DNA of 63,985 bases, counting the filler, from Globobulimina sp. (lineage: Eukaryota): NCBI GenBank assembly GCA_003354225.1. It is 45 parts of 45 records of this genome, joined end to end, with 100 filler letters (N's around TTAATTAATTAA, not from the genome) between each part and the next. Parts side by side here need not be neighbours in the genome. Positions count along the whole stretch, not along the records: positions 22,799 to 24,122 come from PIVH01018631.1; positions 24,223 to 25,546 come from PIVH01018632.1; positions 25,647 to 26,970 come from PIVH01018633.1; positions 27,071 to 28,394 come from PIVH01018634.1; positions 28,495 to 29,818 come from PIVH01018635.1; positions 29,919 to 31,242 come from PIVH01018636.1; positions 31,343 to 32,666 come from PIVH01018637.1; positions 32,767 to 34,090 come from PIVH01018638.1; 37 more parts are not named here. One strand, given 5' to 3'. The translations under genes and the position numbers were made by a program. Under the pieces are notes generated by a model, which was not told where the DNA came from, ran no database searches, and was given only the letters and a program-made list of their open reading frames with translations. Every line of letters begins with the position of its first letter. Positions within the stretch are counted from its first letter, which is position 1. Below are positions 23,011 to 36,170 of the stretch, piece by piece.

Positions 23011-24122
23011 ATGCAGTCATCTTCTCGTTCGTCTGAAAGTGAAGGCGAACCGCAAAGTCAGTCATTGGATGATTGTGAATTGCAAATGCAATATCAATCC
23101 AATGCCCAGTCATCAAACTCCTGCCTAGCTCAAGTAGAGCACTGGATAGATATATCCAGAAGATTCAGGTTCAAAGCCTGAGGCGGCCCCAACAAATTAT
23201 TTTAATTTATTATGGGTATTTATTTTAATTTAGGTGTTTTATTATGGGTTATTATGAGTATTTATTATGGTTTATTATGGGTATTTATTATGGATATTAT
23301 GGGTATATTATTATGGTATTTATTATGGGTGTTATTATGGCCATGTTATTATGGTCAAAGCATAAGAAACTGAGCCAGTTTGATGAGACAGACACGTTGG
23401 AGCAGGCCATGAATATCCAAATGAGTCCGCATAACAACGACTTGTTGGCCATCACTCCGCATATCGATGAAAATACAAAACTCGACATATGCGTGCTTGG
23501 AGGCGGTTCCTTTGCCACCGCGTTGGCAACAGCTACAGCACGACGTGGCCATACAGTCACAATGGTTGTCAGATATGACTGGCAAGCAACCTCCATCAAC
23601 ACTGCCCATATCAACAATGAATTTGAATGGTTAAAAAACACAAATTACTGGCAAACATAACCGCAACTATTGACATCAAAGAAGCCATGCAAAGCAACCC
23701 AGCAATAATAATCTACGCATTGTCAACCCAAATGACCCCCAAATATCTCTCCTCCGTCGCAGCCTCCCTCCCCTTACACATTCCATTTATTTGTTGTACA
23801 AAAGGCATACACTTAGCATCGCAATCATTGCTCTGTGACATCGTTCCAAATGCATTAAATCGCAGTGACCCATCACAAGAACGGATTTTATATTTAAGTG
23901 GCCGTCATTTGCGGCAGAAATAATGCTAAAACATCCCGTGGCATTAGCCTGTGCAGCGCATAATATCGAATGGCGTAAGTAATGTGCAAACCGCCTTAAA
24001 TTCCATCTATTTTCGTATATATTATTCCAATGACGTAGTGGGTGTGGAATGTGGCGGCGCATTAAAAAACCCCTTAGCAATTGGTGCGGGTATCGCCGCT
24101 GGTTTAGGTTACGGCAAATCGA
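23011..24122 (+). CDS. gpsA: NAD(P)H-dependent glycerol-3-phosphate dehydrogenase with an insertion/intron (23134-23360) and three apparent frameshifts
   Basis: [22 protein letters not shown](P)[25 protein letters not shown]; frame shifts near 23635, 23903 and 23975. Confidence 0.85.
23118..23354 (+). mobile_element. tRNA-derived SINE-like element with a (TTATTATGGG)n tail, flanked by a TCAAA duplication
   Basis: Box A TAGCTCAAGTAG, box B GGTTCAAAGCC and cloverleaf arms in 23118-23191; homologous copy at 36820-36890. Confidence 0.75.
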
Positions 24123-24222
24123 NNNNNNNNNNNNNNNNNNNNNNNNNNNNNNNNNNNNNNNNNNNNTTAATTAATTAANNNNNNNNNNNNNNNNNNNNNN
24201 NNNNNNNNNNNNNNNNNNNNNN

Positions 24223-24686
24223 TGGTAATTATCAGCATTATGAATTATTTTCGAAACCGTGTCTGTTGCAACGTGCAGCAGATAATGCAAATTTATTCGA
24301 GAATGGACAAGTTGAGCAAAGAGAAGGATTTGCAGGAAACAAAATGGAGAGATTTACACTTTGCACTTTCTAATTTTTTTTGGAGAGTTGCCAGCAGATC
24401 TTGTAACAGAACAAATTCAAATTTTGTAGCAATGCCAGCAGATCTTTTTGACAGAATGATGCAGAATTTGATTGATTATGGATCTGGTGAACAATGTTTG
24501 AAATGGTTGATATGTTCACTTCCAAAGAGGTTACGCAATACACATTTTCAACAGAGCCTGTTTGACACTTTGCAACAGAATCATGAATTTATTACTTTAT
24601 GGAAGAATATAACCTCAGTTGTGGGTGTAACACAAAACATTACATTCAACGGACTTCTTCAAAACAAGTTGATATGTGCTATCTAA
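24223..24686 (+). CDS. Hypothetical protein, 3' part
   Basis: Open frame ending in TAA at 24684-24686. Confidence 0.4.
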
Positions 24687-24919
24687 AAATTGATCAATAA
24701 ATATAAGTCCAATTATGAACAGAACACAACAAAAAATCTAGAAATTCAACAACAAAAATACAACATCTTACAAAAGGCAAATTTTATCATTGTTTATATC
24801 AATATACTTACTACTCTGTCATAATACAATTTTGATAAGAAATATGACTTTTTAATAGTAAATGTTTCTAATGTTTTTATTGAACAATAAACAATTTAAA
24901 TGACCGAAACTTTTATACA

Positions 24920-25402
24920 CTATGCATTTACATTTGCCATTGTTTCTCTTCGCGCGCATCTCGCAACATGCCATCCTTCAAAAACAATATAAATTTGTAG
25001 CAAAAATATTGCCGCTGCAGTGACAAACCACTCTGTTGTACTGAATCCTCCCTACATATATTTTAATGTGTTTCTGACGCAAATTCGCAAAAAATCAAAT
25101 CATATACACTCAACTCCTCCGGCAGAAGAATATACAGCAATAACTCTTAAGACTGCAGCAATGAGCACAGCAAATAACAGGGTCAATCCAGCACATCGAG
25201 GTATCATCCACATCAACACTAATATGGCGCAAATACCACCAAAAACACCCATCATAAGACCAGATATCACTAAAAACCAATCTGTCCATTCCCATTGGTC
25301 TGGACCCGATGATTCCAATCGAAACAACGCATCAATTATCACCAACCAAATGGCCATAACTAATGTTATGAAAAATATTCTGATGCGTGCTCCAAATTCC
25401 AT
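24920..25402 (-). CDS. Small four-TM protein, two exons
   Basis: A GTTGAG..TGTAG phase-0 intron joins three TM helices to GGFSTTEWFVTAAAIFLLQIYIVFEGW...stop. Confidence 0.65.
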
Positions 25403-25646
25403 GATGAACAAATAAAGCGGCTTGACTGTAATTAAACGGTGCTACGATGTTTAAAATTAAGTGACTCAAAAACCTTTCTCTTTTACTCAATTTTGTATGT
25501 TTAAAAGCCCGACATTTATCAATCGCAGAGATTAAATCAATTTATCNNNNNNNNNNNNNNNNNNNNNNNNNNNNNNNNNNNNNNNNNNNNTTAATTAATT
25601 AANNNNNNNNNNNNNNNNNNNNNNNNNNNNNNNNNNNNNNNNNNNN

Positions 25647-26896
25647 TCGATCGATCAGTAAAATTCAGTCAGATTATCATCACACTCATCGTACGGTTTT
25701 AAATACAAAATCTGGTTTTTCCTTCAAATTCCGTACCTGTCAATTCATTTCTAAACACCAATCATTCATTTCTAAACACCGACAGATACAGTTTTGACTC
25801 AGATGTAGTCTCTTTGTATGATTCGATGATTTTAGATCAATGCATAGAGATTTTGCAGTATATTCAGAAGGATTTATGTTACAATCATTTCAAATTCCAT
25901 TTTCTCATCGAATCATTATATTTTTTCCGGGATAACACATATATTAAATATAAAAAATGGACGCGTCGAATGATAATTGGTATTGGAACAGGTACATCGC
26001 ATTCCGGTCCATTAGCAAATTTAGTATTATATGGCTATGAAATTAAAAATTTAAATATCTTTTTGCATCAAATCAAATTCAAAATTAATTGCGATATTCC
26101 ATTAAGGAAACGGTACATCGACGATCTTAAAACGATTATCGATGTCAATGATGACCAATTTAATGATGAAATTGAAAAATTAGGATATTTAGAATCGATA
26201 TCAATTGCATTAAATGACATATATCCAAAGAATTTAGTTTTGAAGACAGTATTTGCCAAAAGATCAATATTTTTGGATATGAAAACTATTATATGTCACC
26301 AAACAAATACAATTGTAACATTTATGCATGAAAAGCCATTGAATCTTCATATTAATTTACATTTCAATTCAAATAATCCATTCAATCAAAAAGAATGTAT
26401 TTTTTTCTCATTTCTATTCAGATCAATTTGTTTAAATGATCATGGATCAAAACACAAATCATTTACCAAAAAATTGATAAAAAGAATGTTAAATCGGGAC
26501 TTTCCTCCCGCTGTAATCAGAAAAATCCTAAAAAATCGAAAATTGCCACAGTATTTAAACCGTGATAAGTATTTGAATAAATTGGACATTAACCGACAAA
26601 ACAAATTTTATCGCACATTTTTAAAGGTTTATAATGATAACATTTGGGGCGATGACAGATTTTTAGATGATGAAGAATTAAATTTATTACACATTAAATA
26701 CGACGAAGACGAAGACATTGATGACGTAAAAACGATTTATTTCAAGAAAACATATCAACAGTTATTCGATGATGATAATCGATTTAGAGAAATATTAAGA
26801 CAATTTAAGGACATATTACCTATTGATTTTGCAGAGAATATTAAGCTATCTCTTTGCAATAAAACTGATGATAAACTCATGAGATATTTAAATTAA
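25647..26896 (+). mobile_element. Penelope-like reverse transcriptase, 5' truncated or frameshifted, no C-terminal GIY-YIG
   Basis: SDVVSLY (A), GIGTGTSHSGPLANL (B), RYIDDL (C), IFLDM (E), and PLE-type thumb HEKPLNLHINLHFNSNNP...NRDFP. Confidence 0.88.
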
Positions 26897-27070
26897 ATCT
26901 TTTGTGTTTGTTTTATATGTTTTTTACCTATTTAATTCTCATATTTTTTCTATGTATAGATACTTTGTAANNNNNNNNNNNNNNNNNNNNNNNNNNNNNN
27001 NNNNNNNNNNNNNNTTAATTAATTAANNNNNNNNNNNNNNNNNNNNNNNNNNNNNNNNNNNNNNNNNNNN

Positions 27071-28391
27071 AGTTTCTTACGAAAAAGCAGTAAAAATATC
27101 AATAAACTCAGTGCGCTTTTTTTTTATCATTACTGGATTGGCAAACTTTTTATATTCCTCACGAACAGCTGTATGGATAGAATATGCTAAAACATTTGAC
27201 GATTTTTCACATATTGCCGTTTCATTAGTATTGTATTTGGATTCCATATTAATTGGGATTGTTGGTACATTTTTTGCATCACTGGCTGATTATATTGGTT
27301 TTGATAAATCCATTACATACAAAATAGTATTAATTTGCATTGGATGTATAGTTGAAGCATTTGCTACTAATTTCAAACTATTATGCCTTGGTTTTATCAT
27401 CAGTCAAACTGCAACGCAGTACGTCGCCGCTGGATATATTGCATGGATATTACCAAAGAAAAGAGCAAAAACACAAATATCATTAATGTATGCTGTGATT
27501 GGTGCATTTTATTTATTAGGTCCTCTATTAAGCGGCATTTTGTATAAAACATGTAATAATTATAAAATAATATTTGTCTCGAATGCAATTATAATGACAG
27601 TGTTATTGCTTTTATCTGTAATATGTTTATACGGGAAACAAAAACAATTACAACTGGTCCAAATTGCGTCGTGTTCAGAAATGGTTGAAAATACTCCGCA
27701 TGCACAAGATCAATTATTCCCATCGTATATTGCCTATAAAAAAGCAGAGCGTGCTGCGGATACTCCAAATAACGATAAAATGTCTGCCTTTCAGTGGTAT
27801 GTTATAATTAATATATTGATAGAATATGGTTTATTATGTTTCAGTGCTGTATTTATTACATTTTATTTACCATTTATTATCCGGAAATATCCCAACAACG
27901 ATAAACCAAATTACAACTTGGTCTTAGTGGGCAGTATGCAAATTGTGGTTGTGTCATTATCAGGAATGATTTCTGCAGTTTTTATCTCAAAATATACTCA
28001 TTTGTATAATAAGTATACAATCAGCAATCCCCATTTATTGCTAATTATTGCTGTCATATTATTTAATATCTCATGTGTTTTGCTGTTGACTAATAATTAT
28101 CCAATCGCACATGTTTCATATTGGATATATTGTATACTGATTGGCATATTTGTGCCGTTTCCGCATCTTATTTTTAGAATTTTTATTGATCGAATTGCAA
28201 CCACCACAGCATGCGGGCAAAATAAATGGACTGAAAGCAATGATATTGAATATTATTCGGGGACTTTATTTGTTGCTGATTGGCTTACTTTGGCATGTTA
28301 CATTGCATGCCATTCTTTATGTTGTCTCATTTGGATGTGTTATAATTGTGATTTTACATTGTTTCATGTGGATACTGCAAAAATATAATAA
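27071..28391 (+). CDS. MFS transporter with one apparent frameshift in a T-run near 28172
   Basis: About 12 TM helices, ASLADYIGFDK (motif A), LLGPLLSGIL; the shifted frame continues LIELQPPQHAGKINGL. Confidence 0.8.
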
Positions 28392-28518
28392 ACANNNNNN
28401 NNNNNNNNNNNNNNNNNNNNNNNNNNNNNNNNNNNNNNTTAATTAATTAANNNNNNNNNNNNNNNNNNNNNNNNNNNNNNNNNNNNNNNNNNNNCTACAT
28501 TTTACTTTGAGTTTAACC

Positions 28519-29632
28519 ATGACTTATTTCTCAAAAGCTGGAAAATATATGACCATCAAAGGAGACACTGTCTCAAAGGATGGTGGTGATTATAATTGGA
28601 ATACAGCATACGGTGTACACAAGATCATCATTGGAAAGAAAGATCATCAAGTCGATGGAAAGAAAGATCATCATTGGACATTAAAGGTGATACAGAGACA
28701 GGATAATCAGATATATGTTGGAATAGCATCAAACACAAAACATTGTGATAGTCATCCTTACTACAAACAAGATACAGAGTATTATGGATTTAAAGCGAAT
28801 GGATGCAAATATGACAAAAAAGGCTTTTCTCAATATTCAGAGAAATATGGGTCAGGAGACACTGTCCATATTATATTGGACTCAAAAAACAAAACAATAT
28901 CGTTTGGTAAAAATGGAAATAAGCCAAAGGTCGCATTTTCAAATATAGCACCAACCGAATATATTTTGGCAGTGTCTCTTTCTCGAAATGGTGATGCTGT
29001 CAAAATATACAAAGAAGAATTCGAAGAAAAGGTTTGTTTTGTTTTTTTTATGCGGATCAAAACAATGTTACACTTACACTGTTTATTTTATATTTTTATA
29101 ACAGGAAAATTCGAGAAAAAACACAAAAATCTCATCTCTGCAAAAAGAGAATGAGACCTTACGAAAAAGGCAGATTTTTCTTGAAGCGCAATGTAAGAAA
29201 CTTGAGGTATTGATAATATATAAAATAATATGGATTACCACTACAAACAAAAAAAAATTGCAGCGAGACGTTGCAGATTTAATGGACGATGAAAAAGATC
29301 GAGAAATTAATTTAAAAAGAATGGAAAAGGAAAATAAAGAGTTAAAAATGAAGAATATTGATATTGCAAATTATGAGAAATGGAATGTGGAGGAGATAAT
29401 TCTTTGGATTTTATCATTAAAACAAGGAAAATATTCAAAATATACAGAAAAATTACAAAAAGCAATGGTTGAGGAAGGAGTGAGAGGGTCCGATCTAATG
29501 GAGATTGAAGAGTCCAATTTTAAAATGTGGGGAATCGTTAATTTTCGAGATAGAAAGGATTTGATCAAAGAAATTCAGAAAATAACAAAGCAACAAATCA
29601 ATGATGAAGGAGCACAAACTATATATCACTAA
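28519..29632 (+). CDS. SPRY/B30.2 plus coiled-coil plus SAM domain protein, multi-exon
   Basis: HHWTLKV, IYVGIA, GDTVHIILD, ISFGKNG (SPRY); WNVEEIILWI...GVRGSDL...WGIVNFRDRKDL (SAM). Confidence 0.8.
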
Positions 29633-30025
29633 AAAGTCTAAAATTAACACTTTTTTGTTCTTAACACTTGTGAAGTTTTGGAAATGTTCGGAAGGAAAAT
29701 ACATATCAAAACAATATTGGGTATAGTGTGTTTTGTTGAACAATGTCTTATATATTGTTTTGTAATATTCGTAAAACTTGGACTTTTTTCGGAGTCATTT
29801 TAAACAATGTCATAAACANNNNNNNNNNNNNNNNNNNNNNNNNNNNNNNNNNNNNNNNNNNNTTAATTAATTAANNNNNNNNNNNNNNNNNNNNNNNNNN
29901 NNNNNNNNNNNNNNNNNNAAATTAAATGATTATCATAGACATGGACCATCAACCAGGCAAACCAGTACGTTATATATGATGGGTATGCAATATAACTGTC
30001 TGTTTTTACTGATTTAATTTCCGAA

Positions 30026-31242
30026 GAATTATACAATACAAAGGCACCATTATACAATTACATCAATTTTATGCTAAAACACTATGGCGAAAAGCGTGTG
30101 ACGATTTTCTATGCAAACTCATACAAATTTGGTAAAGTGTTGTGAATTCTAGTCACACCTATTGAGCTAATTTTAATTTCAACTTTTGGATTTGATTTAT
30201 GGCAATAAATATTATGAATACTCAAATGTCTAACAAACATCATATTATATACGTCATTTGCATTTAGAACTTTATTATCATTTGGATGTTCATCTCATCT
30301 CTTACTTATAACCTCCTATAATTACCCATATTAATGTCAATAGACAAATTCGAGATGTTATCTCAGATAACTCTCACTTTCGTACAGTACACAATAAGTC
30401 CGATCACCACACACCGCAGTCACACCGCAGTGAGCTAATTTATTGTGGTGAGCAAACAATTAAAATAATATTTCGTTCTTTTAGCTACAATTGTTATAAT
30501 TACTGATTTATGAATCTGTATAATTACACTGAGATATCAGTAAAACTGACAGATAAACGTTGTCAATATAAAACTGCGGACCAGCACAAACACTTAACAC
30601 TACATCCACTCATTCAATTAACCACACAAAAATAAGTTTAAGTACTGGTGATTGGTGGATCGATAAAGTTGAAAGAGCCCAAAATTATGTTAAAAAATGT
30701 GGAAAATGATATTAGAATATAAATTGAATGGAAACAATACAATAAGAAAGAATCTATAATATATAGTGCCTCATTCTTGGTTTAAAAATTAAAACTTTTT
30801 TATTTTGTAATCATTGCTTGAATCAATAGCTATATTTGTGACTGCATTGGCTAAATAATCACTGCGCCATATTTCACAATCATAACATAATTTATTTGAA
30901 GTCCGATCGCCACAATGAAAATTAATTAGAGGTGCTGCGCGTACGAAAGTGAGATTTATCTGAGATAACATCTCGAATTTGTCTATTGACATTAATTTGG
31001 ATTGTTATGGGTGGTAATAAGAAAGAGATGAGATGAACATCCAAATGATAATAAATTTCAAAATGCAAATGATGTATATAATATAATGTTCGTTAGACAT
31101 TTGATTCATGGGTACATACACTGATGCACGTATCCATAACATTTATTGCCATAAACAAAATACTATTTCGTTGTTTTAGCATAAAATTGATAATTGTTGA
31201 TTTCTGTAATTTTTAAATGGCGCGTTTGTACAGTATAATTTC
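30026..31242. repeat. Long imperfect inverted repeat (arms ~30026-30385 and ~30941-31242)
   Basis: 30330-30385 matches the reverse complement of 30941-30996 with about one mismatch; further collinear blocks lie outward. Confidence 0.85.
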
Positions 31243-31985
31243 NNNNNNNNNNNNNNNNNNNNNNNNNNNNNNNNNNNNNNNNNNNNTTAATTAATTAANN
31301 NNNNNNNNNNNNNNNNNNNNNNNNNNNNNNNNNNNNNNNNNNATTTCCTATTTTTTTCTCTTTCTTTTTTGTACAGGTTTCAAAATTTCATCGTATGCAC
31401 AGATTTCATATTATTTTTTTGTACAGTTTTTTTTTTATCGATTGCATGTCCCAAATTTAATTAGCTTCATATTTTGAGCAATTTTTCAATTTATGATGCT
31501 CGTTAAATTTGTTTGTTGTTTTCTGGTTGATTCCCTCCAAGGATTTGAGGAATATGTCATATGCTGCATATAGCGCATATAGATAGGACTTTATCCCCAA
31601 ATCATATATGTATTGTATTGTATTCTGTGCTGTTCATACATATTTCAATTTATGTCTTTGAAAATACATTTTTTTGTTGTTGGTATTTTGCTGAAATTTA
31701 TGGAATGACTTGTAAATTGAAATTGCACCCATTTACTAGAAACAAGAAACGGATTTTGTCTATATATCTTTCCGCAGAACTGCGAAATCGCATCGGGAAA
31801 ACACTGTTTACATTCCCATAAATGATTTTCTTTATTGCATTGTTACAAATGCTTTTGTTTCACAATACGTGTTATTTATTGAGTAATTAATCTGTTTTTT
31901 TTTTTGGAATTGTTACTGTTATTATAATTCCCATTTTACTGCACATATAGCTAGCACACGCAGTCACAATTATTTTACTGCAGTG

Positions 31986-32666
31986 TTACAGCTTGCTTTC
32001 AATTGCAATGTTTTGTAATATTTGCTTGTATTTGATTATTAAATGATTGTTGTGTGATTGTTGTTTGTTTGCATCACTTTTGATAATTGAATTTGAGTGC
32101 ATTCTTCCAGCAGCTGTAATTTTCATTGTTTTCGAATCAACTCTCTCATAATTCTTCTGTGCATCTTCCAATGTTGCTCCATATTTCATTTTTCTCTCTG
32201 CCAATCTATTGCGCATATTTTCTTTATTTGCATCCATAAAAACAATATAATCCAATAACTCTTTTACCTGTTTCCAATATATATATCATATAAAGTCCCT
32301 CAAATATTATTATTTGAACATTATTTTTAACCTCAATCGCATTTGGCACTGGATCATGAATTACACGGTCATAAACTGGTAAATATACAGATATCGATCG
32401 CATTCGCAATGAGTCGTTTTTCAATTGTAAAATATCATTATATAATTGTTTATTATTCATGGATTGAGGCAAACCTTTTTCATCACGGATTTTCATTTTA
32501 ATTAATGTTTGATTATCATAATGATATCCATCAGAAGATATGCATATATTTTTGATATTTAATTTTTCAGTGATATATAATGATAAAATTTTACTGAATA
32601 AAGTCTTTCCACTTCCTGGACCACCTGCTATACCAATAATGGTCCGAATGCCCTCTGTATGTTGAC
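31986..32666 (-). CDS. P-loop nucleoside/pantothenate kinase-like protein (YggC-like), 5' truncated, frameshift near 32280
   Basis: IIGIAGGPGSGKT, SDGYHY, KGLPQS, PVYDRVIHDP, IIIFEGLY, DYIVFMD. Confidence 0.85.
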
Positions 32667-32766
32667 NNNNNNNNNNNNNNNNNNNNNNNNNNNNNNNNNN
32701 NNNNNNNNNNTTAATTAATTAANNNNNNNNNNNNNNNNNNNNNNNNNNNNNNNNNNNNNNNNNNNN

Positions 32767-33979
32767 TGAACGCTTTCGAAAAGCATCTGAAAAAAAGAAG
32801 AAAACGCAGCAGAAAGTCACTGAAAAGGTCATCAAAGACGACGTGCGGAGGGAGGAAATATTGCTATTTAAAGAGTACCAGCAACACGAAAAGAAGTCTG
32901 CTTTGATGGAGAAACAGGTCGCCGCTGAGATCCGTAAGTTGCAAATTGCGCAGAAAATGACGCAGAAAGCGGCCAACACCGACAATAAAATCAAGCACAT
33001 ACAGCTGAAGAAGCAGCATAAGCGGTTGAAGCAGAAAGAGTTACACGATCAGAAATTGTTAATGGCTGCGAACAAACGCAGAGAAATGGGCGCGACGCAC
33101 AAAAAGAGGCTGAGTAATAAGAAGAATAGGAAGAGGAACAAAAAAAATAAAGGTAAAAATGTGAGTAAATCTGAAATGTTGCGGTCAGAAATTTTAAAGT
33201 CTGACAAAGTGAGTGTGGATCGCGAGGTGTTGGGGAATGCGAATGGGGAATATTTTGATGAGCGTGTGATTGCGGAGGGGTTGAATGCATATTTGTCCAT
33301 TCCCAAATTAGCAAATGCTACGAGCATTGCTGCCGATCAATTGCATCATTTTTATGGCAAAACGAAGAAATTAATGCATGGCTTAAGGAGTGAGATCAAT
33401 TCTAAATTGTTGGAAGATGCGATGGGGAAATTGTTGAAGTCGACTGTGGGTATAAATTTTTCTGATATTCACTATAATAATGATGTGTTGTTGGCGGTGA
33501 ACAGATTGATTGATATGGATATTCTGGATGTACTTACTGGGAATATGTCGTTTAAGTGTTTTAAATTAAGTGTTAATTGTTTGGTATTGTTTTGTGTGAA
33601 TGATGTTGGCGCACAATTGTTATGTGTTAAATATTTGGAAAAGTTGTTGGTTTTTTATAAGCATTGTATTGATGAATATGTGTTTAATAATAATGGATCG
33701 TATAAAAGTGTGTTGGCTCAGACAATGATAATATTATCTCGCGTTTTGAGTGTATTTGATATGAAATCGGATGATAAGTCTACGTGTAAACAATTTAAAT
33801 TACATTGTATTTATTTTGCGTGCTTTGAGTTGTTTAATGCGGAAATATTGAGTAAAATAGCACATTTTTCTAAATTTATAGATGTTGGGAAAATAAAGGT
33901 TTGTGAGGATAACATAGTTGATGGATTTGTATCGATTTTGATTGGAATTGCGGATTTATTGAAAACTGGTTATAAGTAA
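32767..33979 (+). CDS. Coiled-coil plus helical protein, partial (weak SCAPER-like resemblance)
   Basis: Long open frame with a K/E/Q-rich coiled coil followed by a helical region. Confidence 0.45.
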
Positions 33980-34190
33980 CAGCCTTCAAGCCTGAATAGA
34001 TTCCTGGCACTCTTTAAGTTATCCGCATTTAATACTACACAACAAAAAGATACATCTGGTGTCATGATGACACCAGATGTATCCCGGGCTNNNNNNNNNN
34101 NNNNNNNNNNNNNNNNNNNNNNNNNNNNNNNNNNTTAATTAATTAANNNNNNNNNNNNNNNNNNNNNNNNNNNNNNNNNNNNNNNNNNNN

Positions 34191-34717
34191 GTGTAGCTGC
34201 AATTTGTATTAAGTTTCCCCGTATAATATGCAGCTTTGATGTACGGATATTGCGGACTTTGTGGATTTGGTAAACATGTGTCATATATTACATCCTCAGC
34301 AATATAATAACTTTGTTCTCCAGCATAGCATCCCTGGTAAAAATCTGGTGGAGAAAAGGGCAGTGTGTCTCGTGTTAGTACATAATCATCAGTCAACAGG
34401 AAAGTAGTCATCGACACAGTATTACACTCTCTATATGCTGTGTAACAGGGTCTGTCTGTGACACGTATCAAAGAAAACACTTCAGATGCTGGACATCCAG
34501 ATGTAGAAAAGGTACGATACGCTAGATATCCTGAAGCATCGCAATATATCTGCAATGATTCCCATCCCGCTCCTGCTGGTGATGGATAATACATTTCTTT
34601 ACATTGGTCCAACTTTACAGGTATATCAGCATTAGTGCCAGAAAATGCATAGCGACACTCTGGATTTATTACATGGAAAACCGCCGACATATATGTCAGT
34701 ATTTGTGTTGCTTTCAT
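34191..34717 (-). CDS. Predicted secreted Cys-rich protein, partial
   Basis: Signal-like N-terminus and spaced cysteines with an internal repeat (LDQC / YDTC). Confidence 0.55.
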
Positions 34718-35117
34718 TTTAAGTGAACTTTGTATGAAAGTTACTCACACTGAAGTGAACTTTAGGGGTTAAAATCATAAAAATCCTAAAAACATCAGCT
34801 TACTATTAACGCAGCTGAGTGTTGCGGCACAAGCAGAAACACTACAATTCGTTAATAAATTATTGGATGGGAAGAATAATATTATTATCAAAGCATTATT
34901 TAAAACAAAGCAATGGTTCCCGAAGTATGCATAATTAACCATCGAAATTGCCAATGTCCTTTTAATACAAATATGGAATCCTTGTTGAAAAACCTGACAT
35001 ATTTAATAAACAGAAATTAATTCCATACAATTTGCAAAATATAAATATTATCTTTTGTTTATCGCATTGTATTTGGTATTTCTATTATTTGCATCTGATG
35101 ATTACATTATTTCCATG

Positions 35118-35166
35118 AAAAAGCAACATAAAAAGCAACATAAAAAGCAACATAAAAAGCAACATA
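35118..35166 (+). repeat. 12-bp tandem repeat (AAAAAGCAACAT)x4 immediately upstream of tRNA-Ala
   Basis: Directly visible. Confidence 0.9.
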
Positions 35167-35170
35167 TAAT

Positions 35171-35243
35171 GGGGAACTAGCTCAATCGGAAGAGCGCAAC
35201 GTTCGCAACGTTGAGGCACCGGGATCGAAACCCGAGTTCTCCA
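35171..35243 (+). tRNA. tRNA-Ala(CGC)
   Basis: 73-nt cloverleaf; acceptor GGGGAAC/GTTCTCC with G3:U70; anticodon arm CAACG-TTCGCAA-CGTTG; eukaryotic Ala-type ATCGA T-loop; oligo-T terminator downstream. Confidence 0.93.
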
Positions 35244-36170
35244 TTGTTTTTGTTTTTTTTTATACTTTTGAATGCATGATTGAATGACTACTAAATTTAA
35301 CAGATTAGGTCACTCACTCCACTAAGTCAATAGCTCACTCACTCACTTTTGGATTTTGGAACATTACTCATTTGGCTGGGTTTAGAGTTTAGACCCAAAC
35401 TCCAGCCATCAATAATACCATATCACTATAAAGTATAACAAATAAATGTATAAATAGAAACAGAAATAGATACTTAATTGAGTGATGTTACGATCATTTG
35501 ATGATCGCATTTGGNNNNNNNNNNNNNNNNNNNNNNNNNNNNNNNNNNNNNNNNNNNNTTAATTAATTAANNNNNNNNNNNNNNNNNNNNNNNNNNNNNN
35601 NNNNNNNNNNNNNNCATTGCAATGAATTGTATGAAATTAAAATAGAATTAATTGAAAACTATGGATTTGCAAATTGTTTAATATTAAAAAGACTGTAAAT
35701 TTAGCCATCGACATTTTAATTGTAATGCTAAAGCAAATAAAGAAAATAATGTAAATGAGCTCGAAATGAAAATAATAATAATAATAATGATAACGATGAT
35801 TATATCGATTGTTTTGGTCGATTTGAAACTGAAAAAAATAAAAATATAATTGGTCCATTTGAAACTGAAAAAAATAATAATAAATATAATATAAATATTT
35901 TACAAAATACACAAAATGAGAAAGATAAAGATGAGACAACATTTATTGAGAAAATATTTTATTGAGAACATTTATTGAGAATAAGGAATGAAATGAAAGA
36001 AACCGATGTCAACAACAATATGATTCTGATGCACTTAAACAAGATATTTATGATATGAATGAGTCGAATATTTATTTACATACAAACAAAGTAATCAAGT
36101 CATATGAATTGTGTTTTTTGTGGCGAAATTATTTTTATTCTGATGGAATGTTTAACATTTGGATACATCT

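Noticed and set aside
23206-23354. TTATTATGGG repeats as telomere sequence
   Set aside because: They are degenerate, internal to a gene and attached to the tRNA-like head, so they fit an element tail better.
23244-23360. Hydrophobic N-terminus [13 protein letters not shown]... as a TM segment of gpsA
   Set aside because: It is a translation of the TTATTATGGG repeat tail inside the insertion.
23627-23985. Several frameshifts in gpsA (also MFS ~28172 and kinase ~32280) as RNA editing or programmed frameshifting
   Set aside because: Most fall in homopolymer or (TA)n runs, typical of low-coverage sequencing error or pseudogene decay; no shared signal is visible.
26860-26900. CTGATGA near the PLE 3' end as a hammerhead ribozyme core
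   Set aside because: No correctly placed GAAA or supporting stems are visible.
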